This document shows, piece by piece, positions 38,501 to 46,900 of a stretch of 53,653 bases of DNA. The DNA comes from a virus (taxonomy: Duplodnaviria; Caudoviricetes). The notes beneath the pieces are model-generated. The model saw only the letters and a list, made by a program, of their open reading frames with translations. It was not told the origin of the DNA and did no database searches. The position numbers and the translations under genes are program-made. How positions within the stretch are numbered: the stretch's first letter is position 1; each line of letters begins with the position of its first letter. The DNA lies in IMG/VR virus record IMGVR_UViG_3300045586_000001, positions 1 through 53,653 of that record; one strand, given 5' to 3'.

Positions 38501-39946
38501 CAAACTGCGGGCACTATCGCAGCATCTAACTTCTCTGGATCATCATCTGGCACAAACACTGGTGATAACGCCGGCGTCACGTCCGTAACTGGTACAGCAC
38601 CTGTTGTATCATCGGGTGGTACTACGCCGGCCATCTCTATGGCTGCCGCGTCTGCAAGTGTTAACGGATACTTAACATCTGCTAACTGGACCACGTTCAA
38701 TAATAAAATTGGATCATTAACCGATACACTTGCGACAGTTACTGCTCGTGGTGCTACTACTTTAAGTAACGTAATATTCGGTAATACGACTGGTGGTACT
38801 GTGGGTTCTTCAGGAGCTCCTGGTACTGCGCTAGGCACTATAAAGAGCGCTAGAATGATGGGTAAATACACCAATGCTAACAGCATGGGTAGTTACTATA
38901 TGGATTATAATAGTGAAGGTACTGTTACTTTAACTGACGGCAGCGCACTAGCATCTCTATCAACTACTATAAATTGTACTGCCAACATAAGTGAAGCTAA
39001 TGCGCTGCCAGCGTATGGAACTAGTTATGGCAGCAAGAATGCTGGTATGGCATTTATATCAGGCACTCAAACTGATATTCTTAAAACTGTTGTTGGTTTA
39101 GCACCAACAACTACTGGAGCGGTAAACGCTGTACTATTAGGGTATCTAGTAAATGGTCCTAGAATTCTAATACAAGATAACACTACAGGTGGCACAGCTG
39201 CTACAAACGTTATTACACACGTTGCTACTAGTCACAACTTTGTTGGTGCTATCACTCAAGGTGGAAGTGCAAATATTCATGCTGGTAACTATACCTCCTA
39301 CTCACCATCACTAACAGGTGGTTCAGCATCAGGTACTTGGGGTATCAGCATCACTGGAAGTTCAGCATCTACTACGGGTAATGCGGCAACTGCTTCACAA
39401 TTAGTCGGTGCTGCACCAAACGGCGTGTTTAGATATACACCAAATTTACATTTTAACTCTGCTGTTGGAAATGCGGTAATCTTGAACTGGGATAATGGCG
39501 CAACGACGGGTACTGTACAAACTTTTAGAATTGGTAATGGATCATCTTCGGACATCTTTACCGTAACTGCTGCTGGAACAGTTATTGCAAATGGCAATAT
39601 TACAGCGTATGGCACAGCTTCAGATATTACGCTTAAAGAAAATATCATTAAATTCGACAACGCATTAGGTGTAGTAAAACAGTTAAATGGATACTATTTT
39701 AATTATATTGGCAAAGAAGATAGATTAGTTGGCGTTATTGCTCAAGAAGTAGAGAAAGTACTGCCTGAATTAGTATACACCTTTAAACCTCTTAATACTG
39801 CTGAAGATAAAAAGGCAGTAAAATATGAACTTTTAAGTGCAGTTTTAATCGAAGCAATTAAAGAACAGCAAACAATTATTGATTCGCAAGAATCTCGTAT
39901 CGCCAGACTTGAAGCTCTGGTATTTAAATTAACAGAAGGAAAATAA
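35528..39946 (+). CDS. Long modular tail fibre with C-terminal S74 chaperone
   Basis: Six linker repeats alternating with unique modules; C-terminal SDITLKENI...GVIAQEVEKVLPELV...LIEAIKEQ. Confidence 0.85.
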   Translation: MTFKVKDGISVAGSTFVDGSRNTTTNNLTVGGNLTVSGTTTTINTATLEVADLNITVAKNATTAAAANGAGLTVAGASATLLYTSAADSWNFNKNVFASNLSGTNTGDNAGVTSVAAVTPIVSSGGTTPSISHATSGVGAGTYNNVTVNTFGHVTSGSNTAYLTTLTDTLATVTGRGATTTTAVILNGGLSTGSASTGVTRAVVDTGGNFLSYYAAETTARIQLGRDVGISGGAGLALGGALYALIASSDTNGSALYFKLNTAAATASTSPNMSLTSTGLSVAGTLTASNLSGTNTGDNPGVTSVAGVTPIVSSGGTTPSISHATSGVGAGTYNNVTVNTFGHVTAGSNVGYISGYTEVDTLATVTARGASTSTSVTLSGTGNQFGGHFYFLPYDAAGNHYPHFNDGGSASGTKINWRLYTGVNNTVTHTWTTSLATFATNIAATNFSGSSSGTNTGDNPGVTSVAGVTPIVSSGGTTPSISHATSGVGAGTYNNVTVNTFGHVTAGSNTAYLTALSDTLATVTARGNTTTTAINSNTGAAINLVTAGNQGAWLGGFNDATTGWALSKAVMALKPDDATYSTIGMAGTNGLLYFARTSTGAGTLTSWLEVSSAGVANFKLARPQWNGTNLVIASDVVSSIAATSPIVTSAATGGVTLSHATSGVGAGTYNNVTVNTFGHVTAGSNVGYVSSSGVTSVATSGGYGGLTLTGGTITTTGTITMGGTPTGTWPISVSGTAANATTLLGSGVITYGASGTQWLNQSGVGGAGTNGVAPSNPTNDWYHHLIFNHANNAGYYVDFAACFHSDTYAFRRVVGGVDNGWKTLWHSGNLTNLNQLTNGPGYGTGTVTAVTATTPIISSGGTTPNITHATSGATAGTYNNVTVNTFGHVTAGSNVGYLTAEADTLATVTARGNVASGGIGLPAGDGIGYTFWGNGSSYKISMGVGTLYQYGTVTDYSIKMQMDTGSTGRGFTWGRDGVTPVAGLNSTSGNFQTAGTIAASNFSGSSSGTNTGDNAGVTSVTGTAPVVSSGGTTPAISMAAASASVNGYLTSANWTTFNNKIGSLTDTLATVTARGATTLSNVIFGNTTGGTVGSSGAPGTALGTIKSARMMGKYTNANSMGSYYMDYNSEGTVTLTDGSALASLSTTINCTANISEANALPAYGTSYGSKNAGMAFISGTQTDILKTVVGLAPTTTGAVNAVLLGYLVNGPRILIQDNTTGGTAATNVITHVATSHNFVGAITQGGSANIHAGNYTSYSPSLTGGSASGTWGISITGSSASTTGNAATASQLVGAAPNGVFRYTPNLHFNSAVGNAVILNWDNGATTGTVQTFRIGNGSSSDIFTVTAAGTVIANGNITAYGTASDITLKENIIKFDNALGVVKQLNGYYFNYIGKEDRLVGVIAQEVEKVLPELVYTFKPLNTAEDKKAVKYELLSAVLIEAIKEQQTIIDSQESRIARLEALVFKLTEGK
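35831..38755 (+). repeat. Dispersed coding repeat of about 75 aa, six full or partial copies
   Basis: SGTNTGD..VTSV..TPIVSSGGTTPSISHATSGVGAGTYNNVTVNTFGHVT.GSN..Y....DTLATVT.RG at 35831, 36401, 36881, ~37433 (partial), ~38060 and 38546 (hybrid). Confidence 0.9.
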
Positions 39947-39947
39947 A

Positions 39948-40322
39948 ATGACACAAGCAACTTTCACCATTGTCATCAATGGTATCAAAACAGCAACTGT
40001 TGACGGAATCGCCGACGCAGTAAAACAAATTGAATGGACTCTAAAGGGAGAACTAGAGGGTCAAACCTTTGAACTTCCACAGACTACTATCGTTCCAGAT
40101 CCAACTGAAGCCGGTTTCATTCCGTTAGCAAGTCTAACTCCAGAAATCGTTACTACCTGGATTGAAGAACACGACGAGAACATGGATGCAGCAAAAGCTC
40201 ACATTCAGTATGTGTTGGATAGACAAGTTATTGCTGCAGCACTAGTTACTACACCAATGCCTTGGGCACCTGTAGTAGAGACATCTATGCCTACGCCAGA
40301 TGTAACACCACCTGTAGTATAA
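39948..40322 (+). CDS. Fibre-associated small protein, paralogue 1 (possible assembly chaperone)
   Basis: FIPLASLTPEIVTTWI...PMPWAP; similar to the next ORF. Confidence 0.65.
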   Translation: MTQATFTIVINGIKTATVDGIADAVKQIEWTLKGELEGQTFELPQTTIVPDPTEAGFIPLASLTPEIVTTWIEEHDENMDAAKAHIQYVLDRQVIAAALVTTPMPWAPVVETSMPTPDVTPPVV

Positions 40323-40325
40323 ATA
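40318..40325 (+). promoter_or_regulatory. Late promoter
   Basis: Exact TATAAATA over the stop codon, then an AGGAGA RBS for ORF 40361. Confidence 0.65.
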
Positions 40326-40360
40326 AATCAACATAGTCATATATTTTAGGAGAAAAGAAA

Positions 40361-40729
40361 ATGACAATTACATACACATGGAAAGTAACTGGAGTTAAAG
40401 TTAAAGACGAGGGCGCTAATACTAACGCTATCGTGCAAACTTACTGGCAGAAAATTGGTACTGACGCCGACGGTCACGAGGGTACGTTCTCAGGAGCAAC
40501 CCCATTCACTTCGACAACTATGCCAACCGGCGATACCTTCGTACCGTTTGCTGAACTTACCGAGCCTACAGTACTACAATGGATTAAAGACGTTGTAGTT
40601 GGTGGGTACGAAGAACACGTTAACGCGCAGATCGCTAAACAGATTCAAGATAAGATCACACCAGTTGCAGAACCAGCATTGCCTTGGGCACCTGCAGTAG
40701 AAGCAGTAGCACCTCCTGCTCCAGTATAA
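40361..40729 (+). CDS. Fibre-associated small protein, paralogue 2
   Basis: ITYTWKV...FVPFAELTEPTVLQWI...ALPWAP. Confidence 0.65.
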   Translation: MTITYTWKVTGVKVKDEGANTNAIVQTYWQKIGTDADGHEGTFSGATPFTSTTMPTGDTFVPFAELTEPTVLQWIKDVVVGGYEEHVNAQIAKQIQDKITPVAEPALPWAPAVEAVAPPAPV

Positions 40730-40741
40730 TTAGGAAACAAC

Positions 40742-41482
40742 ATGGCTGTTACAACAAGAATAGGTTTAATAGAATATTGCTTAAGAGCGTTGGGAGAGCC
40801 TGTCGTTGAAATTAATATTGATGAACAACAGGTTGAAGATCGCGTTGATGAAGCAATTGAGTATTTTCGTCAGTATCACTTTGATGGTATTGAAAAAGTA
40901 TACCTGAAACATAACATCACTCAGCAGAACATTGATGATAAATTCATCTTAGTTCCAGATTTGATCTATGGTATCACTAAGGTATATCCTGTAGCGTCAG
41001 GCACTTCTACATCTAAGTCGATCTTTGACTTGCAATATCAACTTCGCCTTAACGATCTATATGATCTTACCAGCACGTCAGTGATGTACTACACTCAGGT
41101 AATGAGTCACTTAGCTCTACTTGATCTAACACTTAATGGACATCCGCTTTATCGATTCAATCGTTTAAACAATAAGCTCTACATCGATACGGTGTGGTCT
41201 GAGAAGATGCAGGTGGGTAACTACCTTCTAGTTGAGTGCTATCGTGCGATGGATCCAGCAGATGCTCCTCGCATGTATGGCGAGTCTTGGATTAAGCACT
41301 ATACCACTGCGTTGATTAAGAAACAATGGGCTGTCAATCTTAAGAAATTCTCTGGCATGCAATTACCGGGTGGAGTATCCATCGATGGTCCTGCGTTATA
41401 CGCTGAGGCTGTGCAAGAGATCAAAGATCTTGAAGATGAAATGATGAATAAGTCTGCTCCTCTAGAATGGTTCATGGGATAA
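40742..41482 (+). CDS. gp13: Neck protein gp13
   Basis: YCLRALGEPVVEINIDEQQVEDR, YHFDG and KKQW..NLKKFSGMQLPGGV motifs. Confidence 0.93.
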   Translation: MAVTTRIGLIEYCLRALGEPVVEINIDEQQVEDRVDEAIEYFRQYHFDGIEKVYLKHNITQQNIDDKFILVPDLIYGITKVYPVASGTSTSKSIFDLQYQLRLNDLYDLTSTSVMYYTQVMSHLALLDLTLNGHPLYRFNRLNNKLYIDTVWSEKMQVGNYLLVECYRAMDPADAPRMYGESWIKHYTTALIKKQWAVNLKKFSGMQLPGGVSIDGPALYAEAVQEIKDLEDEMMNKSAPLEWFMG

Positions 41483-41483
41483 T

Positions 41484-42131
41484 ATGCCTAACGTATACTT
41501 TTCTCATGGCACTCGAAACGAACAGTATCTTCTTGAAGATCTGATCGTAGAGTCTATCTCTATTTGGGGTCAGGAATTTTATTATATTCCTAGAACTCTA
41601 GTTGCCAAAGATAACATTCTAGGAGAAGATAGACTGTCTGAATTTAAGACAGCATATCCTATAGACATGTATCTAGAGTCGGTAGATGGATTTGAAGGCC
41701 AAGGCGCGTTCATTCAGAAGTTCGGTCTAATGATGGAACAGTCTGCGACACTAACCTGTGCTCGTAGAACATGGGAAAGAACCGTTGGAAAGCATGGTAC
41801 TACAATCCTACCAGCTCGTCCTTGCGAAGGCGATCTGCTTTACTTTCCTCTGACTAAAGGCCTATTTGAAATTAAGTTTGTCGATCATCAAGATCCATTC
41901 TATCAATTAAAGAAGCTATATGTGTATCGTCTTCAAGTAGAATTATTCCAATACTCGTCTGAGAAGATGGACACTGGAATTGCAGCTATCGACGTATTCG
42001 AATCACTTAAGACTTTTGATACTACATTACAACCGAATATCGATGTGGTAGATTCATATGGCGATAACAATAAATTCAATGAAGAAGCTCAAGACATTGT
42101 CTTTGACAAGAGCAATCCATTCGGAGAATAA
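41484..42131 (+). CDS. gp14: Neck protein gp14
   Basis: EQYLLEDLIVESI, YYIPR, KFGL, RPCEGDLLYFP, LFEIKFV and NPFGE motifs. Confidence 0.93.
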   Translation: MPNVYFSHGTRNEQYLLEDLIVESISIWGQEFYYIPRTLVAKDNILGEDRLSEFKTAYPIDMYLESVDGFEGQGAFIQKFGLMMEQSATLTCARRTWERTVGKHGTTILPARPCEGDLLYFPLTKGLFEIKFVDHQDPFYQLKKLYVYRLQVELFQYSSEKMDTGIAAIDVFESLKTFDTTLQPNIDVVDSYGDNNKFNEEAQDIVFDKSNPFGE

Positions 42132-42133
42132 CT

Positions 42134-42841
42134 TTGCTCAATAATCCAATATTTTATCACGCAATCACTAGAAAGACTATCGTAGGATTCGGTAGTCTAT
42201 TCAGTGACATTAAGATTAAGCGCGAAAATGCAGATAAGACTACATCGAAGACTATTTCAGTTCCGATTGCTTATGCTCCTAAGGAGAAATGGTTAGTCCG
42301 CATTGAACAAGATCCAACGCTAGAGAATAACACTTACACGACTCTACCAAGATTATCATTTGAGATCACCGGATTCTCTTATGATGCAACTCGTAAGACT
42401 AATAGATACCAAACTATTACGACGAATGATCCTATTACTGGAACGAGTAAGACTTATTCTGCAGTTCCGTATAACATCAACATTAGCTTGTATGCGTTAA
42501 CGAAGACCCAAGAAGATGGCCTACAAATCGTAGAACAGATTCTTCCATTCTTTGCACCTGAATTGACAATGTCTATCGTTGCAGTTCCTGAACAGAACAT
42601 TAATATTGATGTTCCAGTTATATTGGAATCACTTGATGTAAGTGATGAGTATGATGGTGATTTTCAAACCAGAAGATTCATTACATACACGATGGCGTTT
42701 ACTTTAAAGGCTTGGATGTATGGTCCAGTCAATTCCTCTAAAGTCATCAATCGCGTATTCGTTAACACTGATTATGCCAACTTAGATTCTTTAGGCAACA
42801 TAGATACATTTGCCATAGATGCTAATTGGACTGAAACCTGA
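42134..42841 (+). CDS. gp15: Tail sheath stabiliser/terminator gp15
   Basis: TTG start after GGAGA; FGSLF, VPIAYAPKEK, LPRLSFE and QIVEQILPFF motifs. Confidence 0.92.
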   Translation: MLNNPIFYHAITRKTIVGFGSLFSDIKIKRENADKTTSKTISVPIAYAPKEKWLVRIEQDPTLENNTYTTLPRLSFEITGFSYDATRKTNRYQTITTNDPITGTSKTYSAVPYNINISLYALTKTQEDGLQIVEQILPFFAPELTMSIVAVPEQNINIDVPVILESLDVSDEYDGDFQTRRFITYTMAFTLKAWMYGPVNSSKVINRVFVNTDYANLDSLGNIDTFAIDANWTET

Positions 42842-42859
42842 AGATCAATTATACTATAG

Positions 42860-44452
42860 ATGTCTGACAAGTTAAAATCTTATAATTCTAATGCCGGTTT
42901 AAAAGCGGCAGGCCAAGTAATAGGCTTCACAAAAGAACAAACTCAAGAGTACATAAAGTGCGCTGAAGATCCTATATACTTTATCAACAATTATTGCATG
43001 ATCGTATCACTCGATCAAGGCTTAATTCCGTTCACACTCTATCCTTGTCAAGTAAATAAGATCAACGTCATTCATAGTAACCGTAAGGTTATTCTAATGG
43101 AAGGACGTCAGCAGGGTAAGACGACGTCGTCTGCTGCATACATTCTTTGGTACACGCTATTCCAAGACAGTAAGACAGTTGCTATCCTTGCAAATAAGGC
43201 AACAGCCGCACGTGAAGTATTGAATCGTTATCAACTCATGTATGAGAATCTTCCTCTGTGGATGCAGCAAGGTGTTACTACATGGAACAAAGGTGACATT
43301 GAACTAGAAAATCTATCCAAGGTGTTCACTGCTGCTACGTCAGCATCTGGTATTCGTGGTAAGTCTGTTAACATGTTGTATGTTGACGAAACCGCGATCA
43401 TTCCAAACACAGTAGCAGAACAATTCTTTGCATCAGTTTATCCAACGATTTCTGCTGGTGAAACGACAAAGATTCTTCTAAGCTCAACTCCTTTAGGGTA
43501 CAACCACTTTTGGAAATTCTGGAATGATGCTGAGAATGATCGCAATGGATTTGTTCCATTGTTCATTCCATACACAGACATTCCAGGACGAGATGCCGCA
43601 TGGGCAAACGAACAACATAGATTGCTCGGCGATCTTAAATTTAACCAAGAAGTATTATGTACTTTCCTTGGTTCAAGTTTAACGTTGATCAACTCGAATA
43701 CAATCTCTCAAATGTCTCCAGGATCTATAATATATAGTAAGGATGGATTTGATGTGTATGAAAAACCAATTCCAGAACACGTGTATGCACTTACTGCTGA
43801 CACGGCAAAGGGAGTTGGTGGAGACTATTCCGCATTCGTAGTCGTTGACATGACTGAATTGCCATATAAGTTAGTTGCAAAATACAGGGACAATCGTATT
43901 AGTCCTATGCTATATCCTGCGATTATAAATAAGGTAGGTAAAGAATACAATACTGCATATGTTCTCATAGAGATTAACTCTTCAGAGCAGGTTGCCGATA
44001 TTCTCTATAGTGAATATGAATATGATAATGTAGTGATGGTAAATAGAAGTGGTGATGGACAGACTATATCGGGTGGATTTGGCGGAGGTAAGACTCAGTT
44101 AGGAGTTATAACCGACAAGAGAGTCAAACGAATTGGATGTTCGAACTTTAAATCGTTAGTCGAGGAAAAACGTTTGTTAATTCCTGATGCTGATGTTATC
44201 TCTGAAATTTCTACCTTTATTCAGGTAAAGAATAGTTATGAAGCTGATGAGGGTTATCATGATGATCTAGTCATGCCTTTAGTGTTGTTTTCGTGGGCAA
44301 CTACGAGTCAATACTTCAAGGATTTAAGTAATCATAATATTAGACAAGTGATGTATGAAAATCAAATGAAGCAAATCGAGATGGATTTGACACCGTTTGG
44401 TTTCCTAGATGATGGACAACGTACAGAAGATGGTCTGATGGCCAACTTCTAA
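42860..44452 (+). CDS. gp17: Terminase large subunit gp17
   Basis: KCAEDPIYF, GRQQGKTT (Walker A), LYVDE (Walker B), STPLGYNHF, DTAKG and HDDLVM motifs. Confidence 0.97.
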   Translation: MSDKLKSYNSNAGLKAAGQVIGFTKEQTQEYIKCAEDPIYFINNYCMIVSLDQGLIPFTLYPCQVNKINVIHSNRKVILMEGRQQGKTTSSAAYILWYTLFQDSKTVAILANKATAAREVLNRYQLMYENLPLWMQQGVTTWNKGDIELENLSKVFTAATSASGIRGKSVNMLYVDETAIIPNTVAEQFFASVYPTISAGETTKILLSSTPLGYNHFWKFWNDAENDRNGFVPLFIPYTDIPGRDAAWANEQHRLLGDLKFNQEVLCTFLGSSLTLINSNTISQMSPGSIIYSKDGFDVYEKPIPEHVYALTADTAKGVGGDYSAFVVVDMTELPYKLVAKYRDNRISPMLYPAIINKVGKEYNTAYVLIEINSSEQVADILYSEYEYDNVVMVNRSGDGQTISGGFGGGKTQLGVITDKRVKRIGCSNFKSLVEEKRLLIPDADVISEISTFIQVKNSYEADEGYHDDLVMPLVLFSWATTSQYFKDLSNHNIRQVMYENQMKQIEMDLTPFGFLDDGQRTEDGLMANF

Positions 44453-44463
44453 AACTGACTATA

Positions 44464-44471
44464 TATAAATA
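44464..44471 (+). promoter_or_regulatory. Late promoter for gp18
   Basis: Exact intergenic TATAAATA. Confidence 0.75.
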
Positions 44472-44520
44472 AAGATAGACATCAACAGATGTTTCATTGC
44501 ATAATAACAGGAGTTTTAAC

Positions 44521-46833
44521 ATGCCTTTTCAACTAAGCCCAGGAGTAGCCGTTGTAGAAAAAGATTTTTCTTCAATCGTGCCAGCAGTATCTTCTTCGGC
44601 CGGAGCCTTCGCTGGACCATTCGCTTGGGGACCAATTGAAGATCCGGTTAGAGTTTCTTCTGAAACCGATCTAGTATCGCGTTTTGGTGCACCGAAAGAA
44701 GAAAATTTTTCTTCATTCTTTACAGCAGCTAATTTTTTAGCGTATACGAATAATCTTCTAGTTTCTAGAACAGATTCACCACTAGTTAAGAACGCAGTTT
44801 CAGTTCGTTCAGGTAGTGTAGCGCAAGCCAACATCACTTTAACCAGCGCAGGTTCTGGTTATACTACAACTACTACTATCACAGTAACCTTCGGCGCGCC
44901 TCAGATGTCTGGTGGTGTGAGAGCTTTAGGCACTGCAACTTATACCGATGACGGCGTAACTGGTTCAAGAACTATCACTGGTGTTACAGTCACCGAAGTT
45001 GGTTCTGGTTATACATCTGCTCCTGCTATTACATTCAGCGCTCCTGCTGTTGGAAATACTGCAACGGCTTCTTTAGCTGGTGTATCTATTGGCGGAACTA
45101 AGATCAAGAACGTTTCTTCTTACCTATCTGGATATTCTTCTAGTTCTACTTCTGGAATCTATGGTGAATTTGCAGCTAAGTTTGCAGGTGCTAAAGCGAA
45201 TGGTCTTCGCGTAATCGTACTAGACGCTGGTAACTGGGCTGGAGCAAGTGCAACCCTTAAGGCTGCATTCACTGGTGCTCCTTCAACTAGCGCATATGCT
45301 GCATCTAATGGTGTTACCAATGACGAAGTACACATTGCTATCTATGATAACAATCTTGGTCAATTCAGTGGTACAGCTGGATCACTCTTAGAAAAGTATT
45401 CATTCGTATCTAAGCTTTCAGACGCTAAGAAAAGCGATGGATCTAATAACTACTACAAGAATGTTCTAAACGCACAGTCTAAATATGTATGGTGGTTAGC
45501 TCATGCTAGTGCATATGCTTCTGAACCTACTAGCAATGTTGTTACCGCTACTGCTGTTGCTACATTTGCTATTGCAAAAACTATCACTATTACAGATGCA
45601 ACTCAGTTTACAACCTTGGCTGCATACAAGGCATTCTTTGATACCGCAGTAGATAAGGCTTCACGTCAGATCAGCGTTACTGGCACCTCTGCTAATAACA
45701 CTATTTTTACGCTAACCGCAATCGCTGCAACTGTTACAAACAATGCTATCACTGGTTATACTCTAACTGTTGCTGAAACCCCAGTTGCCGAAACTGCTGC
45801 TTCTACCACAATCGGTTCAGTTGTTAAAGCTGCATGGGGCCAAACTGCGATCTCTACTGTCAATGTAGCCGGTGCAAATACTCTTAGCGTACTTAAAGCA
45901 ACTGTGGATATTTCACTGGTTGGTGGTGTTGATGATTTTGCTTCTACCGACGCAAATGTTCAAACCGCATATGCTGCATTCGTAAATTCAGATCAGTATG
46001 ACATCTCATTGATTCCAGCTGGTAACGTTTCAGCTGCTACAGCAAAATACATTTTAGACAATGTTGTAGAAGTTCGTAAAGATTGTGTATTGTTTGTTTC
46101 TCCACGCGATGTAGTTACAGGCGAACCAATCATCTCTACTGGCGCTACAGCTCAAGCAGCATTAGTTGCTTATCGTGATGCTACAAACATCAACAGTTCA
46201 TATGCTGTAATGGATTCTGGTTTCAAATACCAATATGACCGTTACAACGATGCTTACCGTTGGGTTCCATTGAATGGCGATATTGCTGGTCTATGTGCTC
46301 GCACTGACTATTCTGCAGATCCTTGGTTCTCTCCAGGTGGTTTCAATCGTGGTCAAATCAAGAACATCGTTAAATTGGCGTTCAACCCAAGTCAAACAGA
46401 TCGTGATGTATTGTATGCTGTTGGTATCAATCCAGTAGTTACATTCCCAGGTCAAGGTACTATCCTTTACGGTGATAAGACCATGTTGACTCGTCCAAGT
46501 GCATTCGATCGTATCAATGTACGCCGTTTGTTTATCGTTCTTGAGAAATCTATCGCTGTAGCTGCTAAGTATCAGATGTTTGAATTCAACGACGGTTTCA
46601 CTCGTGCACAATTTAAGAACTTGGTAGAACCATTCTTAAGAGATGTAAAAGGTCGTCGTGGCGTAACAGACTTCCGCGTTAAGTGTGACGAAGCTAATAA
46701 CACCGGAGAAGTAATCGATCGTAACGAATTCGTGGCTGATATTTTTATCAAGCCAAATCGTTCTATCAATTACATCACGCTAAACTTCATTGCTGCACGC
46801 TCTAGTGTAAGCTTCGAAGAAATTGGTGCCTAA
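44521..46833 (+). CDS. gp18: Tail sheath protein gp18
   Basis: ATG 44521 after CAGGAG. LSPGVAVVEKD, FAWGP, PWFSPGGFNRG, YGDKT, FDRINVRRLF and FEFND motifs. Confidence 0.97.
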   Translation: MPFQLSPGVAVVEKDFSSIVPAVSSSAGAFAGPFAWGPIEDPVRVSSETDLVSRFGAPKEENFSSFFTAANFLAYTNNLLVSRTDSPLVKNAVSVRSGSVAQANITLTSAGSGYTTTTTITVTFGAPQMSGGVRALGTATYTDDGVTGSRTITGVTVTEVGSGYTSAPAITFSAPAVGNTATASLAGVSIGGTKIKNVSSYLSGYSSSSTSGIYGEFAAKFAGAKANGLRVIVLDAGNWAGASATLKAAFTGAPSTSAYAASNGVTNDEVHIAIYDNNLGQFSGTAGSLLEKYSFVSKLSDAKKSDGSNNYYKNVLNAQSKYVWWLAHASAYASEPTSNVVTATAVATFAIAKTITITDATQFTTLAAYKAFFDTAVDKASRQISVTGTSANNTIFTLTAIAATVTNNAITGYTLTVAETPVAETAASTTIGSVVKAAWGQTAISTVNVAGANTLSVLKATVDISLVGGVDDFASTDANVQTAYAAFVNSDQYDISLIPAGNVSAATAKYILDNVVEVRKDCVLFVSPRDVVTGEPIISTGATAQAALVAYRDATNINSSYAVMDSGFKYQYDRYNDAYRWVPLNGDIAGLCARTDYSADPWFSPGGFNRGQIKNIVKLAFNPSQTDRDVLYAVGINPVVTFPGQGTILYGDKTMLTRPSAFDRINVRRLFIVLEKSIAVAAKYQMFEFNDGFTRAQFKNLVEPFLRDVKGRRGVTDFRVKCDEANNTGEVIDRNEFVADIFIKPNRSINYITLNFIAARSSVSFEEIGA

Positions 46834-46836
46834 TTA

Positions 46837-46862
46837 AATTGGCGGGAGTGATCCCGCCAATT
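46837..46862 (+). terminator. 11-bp hairpin with GUGA tetraloop after gp18 (terminator or stabiliser)
   Basis: AATTGGCGGGA-GTGA-TCCCGCCAATT; weak U-tract. Confidence 0.55.
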
Positions 46863-46864
46863 CC

Positions 46865-46872
46865 TATAAATA
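46865..46872 (+). promoter_or_regulatory. Late promoter for gp19
   Basis: Exact TATAAATA followed by a TAAGGAG RBS. Confidence 0.78.
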
Positions 46873-46900
46873 ATTAAGAGAATAATAAGGAGTCACACTA

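Noticed and set aside
35831-38755. CRISPR array or shufflon/invertible cassette system
   Set aside because: Repeats are long, in-frame, direct and degenerate at the DNA level; no cas, invertase or integrase gene and no inverted crossover sites were seen.
26071-39946. Diversity-generating retroelement suggested by Mtd-N-like heads and repeats
   Set aside because: No reverse transcriptase or non-coding template repeat in the window; differences between repeats are mostly at third codon positions, not adenine-specific.
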